This document shows, in pieces, positions 61,784 to 64,000 of a stretch of DNA of 64,000 nt. Numbering within the stretch: position 1 is the stretch's first letter; each line of letters opens with the position of its first letter. The DNA is from Marsupella aquatica (lineage: Eukaryota > Plantae > Marchantiophyta): contig OZ316891.1 of assembly GCA_973895155.1 (NCBI GenBank), forward strand, positions 22,271,168 to 22,335,167. Direction: 5' to 3'. Made by a program: the position numbers and the translations under genes. Under the pieces are notes generated by a model. It was not told where the DNA came from. It made no database searches and saw only the letters and a program-made list of their open reading frames with translations.

Positions 61784-64000
61784 GAATGCACTTACTTTCC
61801 TATCTGCCTTCGTGCAAGCAGATCTGTCAAGCACAGGATGAACCTTAATCTATCCAGGCAAGTGTCTCTGGTGATTGGTCATCCATGAAATTTACGTCAA
61901 GGGCTTAGGTAGATTTGAAGGTGGAAGCGGAGGTTGTCATGCGGTTGCAGATATATACTGGTGTTACTACACGGCTTGCTTGAGCACAAATCATGTTCGG
62001 TATCTAACCATTCTTTCTCCTGAATTATATTCAGTTTAGGGTATCTAAATAGGAAGGTGGAAGTTCAATGCTTCGCCTGCACTTGTTCTTATCATTTGGA
62101 AAAGAACACTCCAATTTGCGAGCACAATGTTTCCTTACAATTTCCTTGTTTAGTGGTGTGTACTGAAATCTCGCGTTCTTTTATTACACAATTGACGCTC
62201 CCGGTTGTGCCAAAGCCCTTCCCTAACACCCCTCATCCCAAACACACAAACTCTGATAAGGTCATTAAGATCCGTGCCGATCATGACTCGTTCTTCTTTC
62301 GTGGACACATCACAACAGGTTCTGGATGCATGACGCACCTACCGACTACGGGTATTGATATTTGAATCTGAGTGCAAGGAGCAAGGTATTACTAAAATCA
62401 CTCGTAGATAAATGATGGCTTGGGAGAGAATCTTGACAATCCCAGTGTACTGTTCTTTCTCACTCTGAACTTGACGTTTTAGAAAAGCCAGAGTTTGCAC
62501 CACCTATTCAAGCTTTCGATTAAAAGCACACTTGGAACCAGTGTACGAGGTCTCAGTCTCTAATCTCCCTAAATGGAGGAATCGATTTCACTTATAGAAT
62601 GAATGAACGTCCAGAACTACATATAGGAGCGCTGAGGTTCACATACGTTTGTGAATTGGTTTCCTATATATTGGCCATGGGAGTGCTTTGGGAATTGGTT
62701 GTGGTGATCTCGATTTGACCTCTCCCCCAGTACAGATAGGATTTTCCTATTGGTAGAATTAAGCGTCAGGGTCATTGTTTCAAATTCTCATTTCCCATTT
62801 CCTTGTAGATCGGTTTTGGGTGATCAACATGGAAGGGAAACTGTTAAGGTAACCTGAGAAGTCCCCAAGACAAGGCTTTAGATATGATTTGGTTCTTCAG
62901 TTCTTCCATTACTTTGTATTTCATTGCTACAGAGACGAGAACATGGCATGCTGTACGGATTTGGATGTAACATGTGAGATATCTAATCATCGTGCGTGCT
63001 GTACTATAACATTAAGCTTACGCTGATGACATTCAGCCTTATGGCCAAGTTGTTAGGTTGTCCTGTCCCACACCGATAGTGTTTGGCAAATTGTAGCCGA
63101 CTTACGCTGGAGTAGTCTAATCGTCGGGAAATACGTGTGCTGCAGGACGTGGTGATTCGACAAATTCATAGCTTCTTCTTTTGTGTCATCGCTGTCATGA
63201 ATACCAAACTGAACGTGGCTCCTTGGTCTCCAGTCCATTGCCCTCCAAAGGATACATATGCAATACACCATCCCAGTTGATGCGGTTACAGAAGCCAGGC
63301 AATGGAATGAGGTCCAGAACACTTAATCATCAACACGCATGCTCGACACGTCAACGGACGACTTATTAATCCAAGTCTTACAATATTTGGAAGATTTTCC
63401 CTTGAGAACTGTGTTCCGCGACACTTCTGGATAGGCAATAGCTCCAGATTCGAATTTTACTTCAATGTATCTCAACAATATCAGAAATTGCCTGGAATAA
63501 ATTAACCCATCTGGGTTGCTTTCTCGGACATGAGCTCCCACCAGACCCATCTCCATCACTATCTCTTATCAAAAATCAATTTACAGTACAGAGCAACTAC
63601 AACGCCAATCAGAACTTTCTAATTTTACAAGTCTCGTTACAGCGCCAATAAGAATGTTGACTACCTTGAAGTCCCTAAAGAACCAAAACTTCAACCTACT
63701 CGTGGAAATGACTGCCTAGACTGGGATCAAAACTGTTGTGGGAGGTTTAGCGACAGGATCATGGTGCAGTTCATAACAATTGTGCACCAGATCAATGGTC
63801 ATTCTCTCAGTGCGCATGGGATGTTACACAAGCCCAAAGTAATCTGTATCTCTAAGGTCTGCAAAGAACCTGAGCCGAAACCAGTTGGTTGACATTTCAG
63901 AAGAGCCCACAGTGGACCAGATACTATGCCACATATTCACATGACCATTTTCTGACCCAAAACCCACCACGTGATAATTTGAAAAGCATCCCCGTAGAAT

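Overview
Eukaryotic, intron-rich land-plant DNA. Gene content and spacing suggest a bryophyte or other non-seed plant, but the species cannot be fixed from sequence alone. Three spliced host genes were rebuilt by hand with phase-consistent GT-AG introns: a sucrose/H+ symporter (minus, 987-4170), a large Agenet + TDBD/Jas + PHD + GNAT (IDM1-like) chromatin protein with C-terminal AT-hooks (plus, 15390-25313), and KAPA synthase BioF ending in a PKL peroxisomal signal (minus, 53110-56908). There is also a small conserved uncharacterised plant gene (49348-49812) and an orphan ORF (60716-61783). The standout feature is an intact, intronless, fungal-type Dal5/Thi73-family MFS permease (28091-29656). 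It sits inside a ~5 kb block bounded by two diverged ~200-bp direct repeats and is a candidate fungus-to-plant horizontal transfer. Intergenic DNA carries four unrelated minisatellite arrays (4.2-14.8 kb), a cluster of foldback/MITE-like inverted repeats (33.7-43.2 kb), many small tandem duplications, and an inverted 30-nt exact copy of a BioF exon segment. All family assignments come from motif recognition, not database searches.
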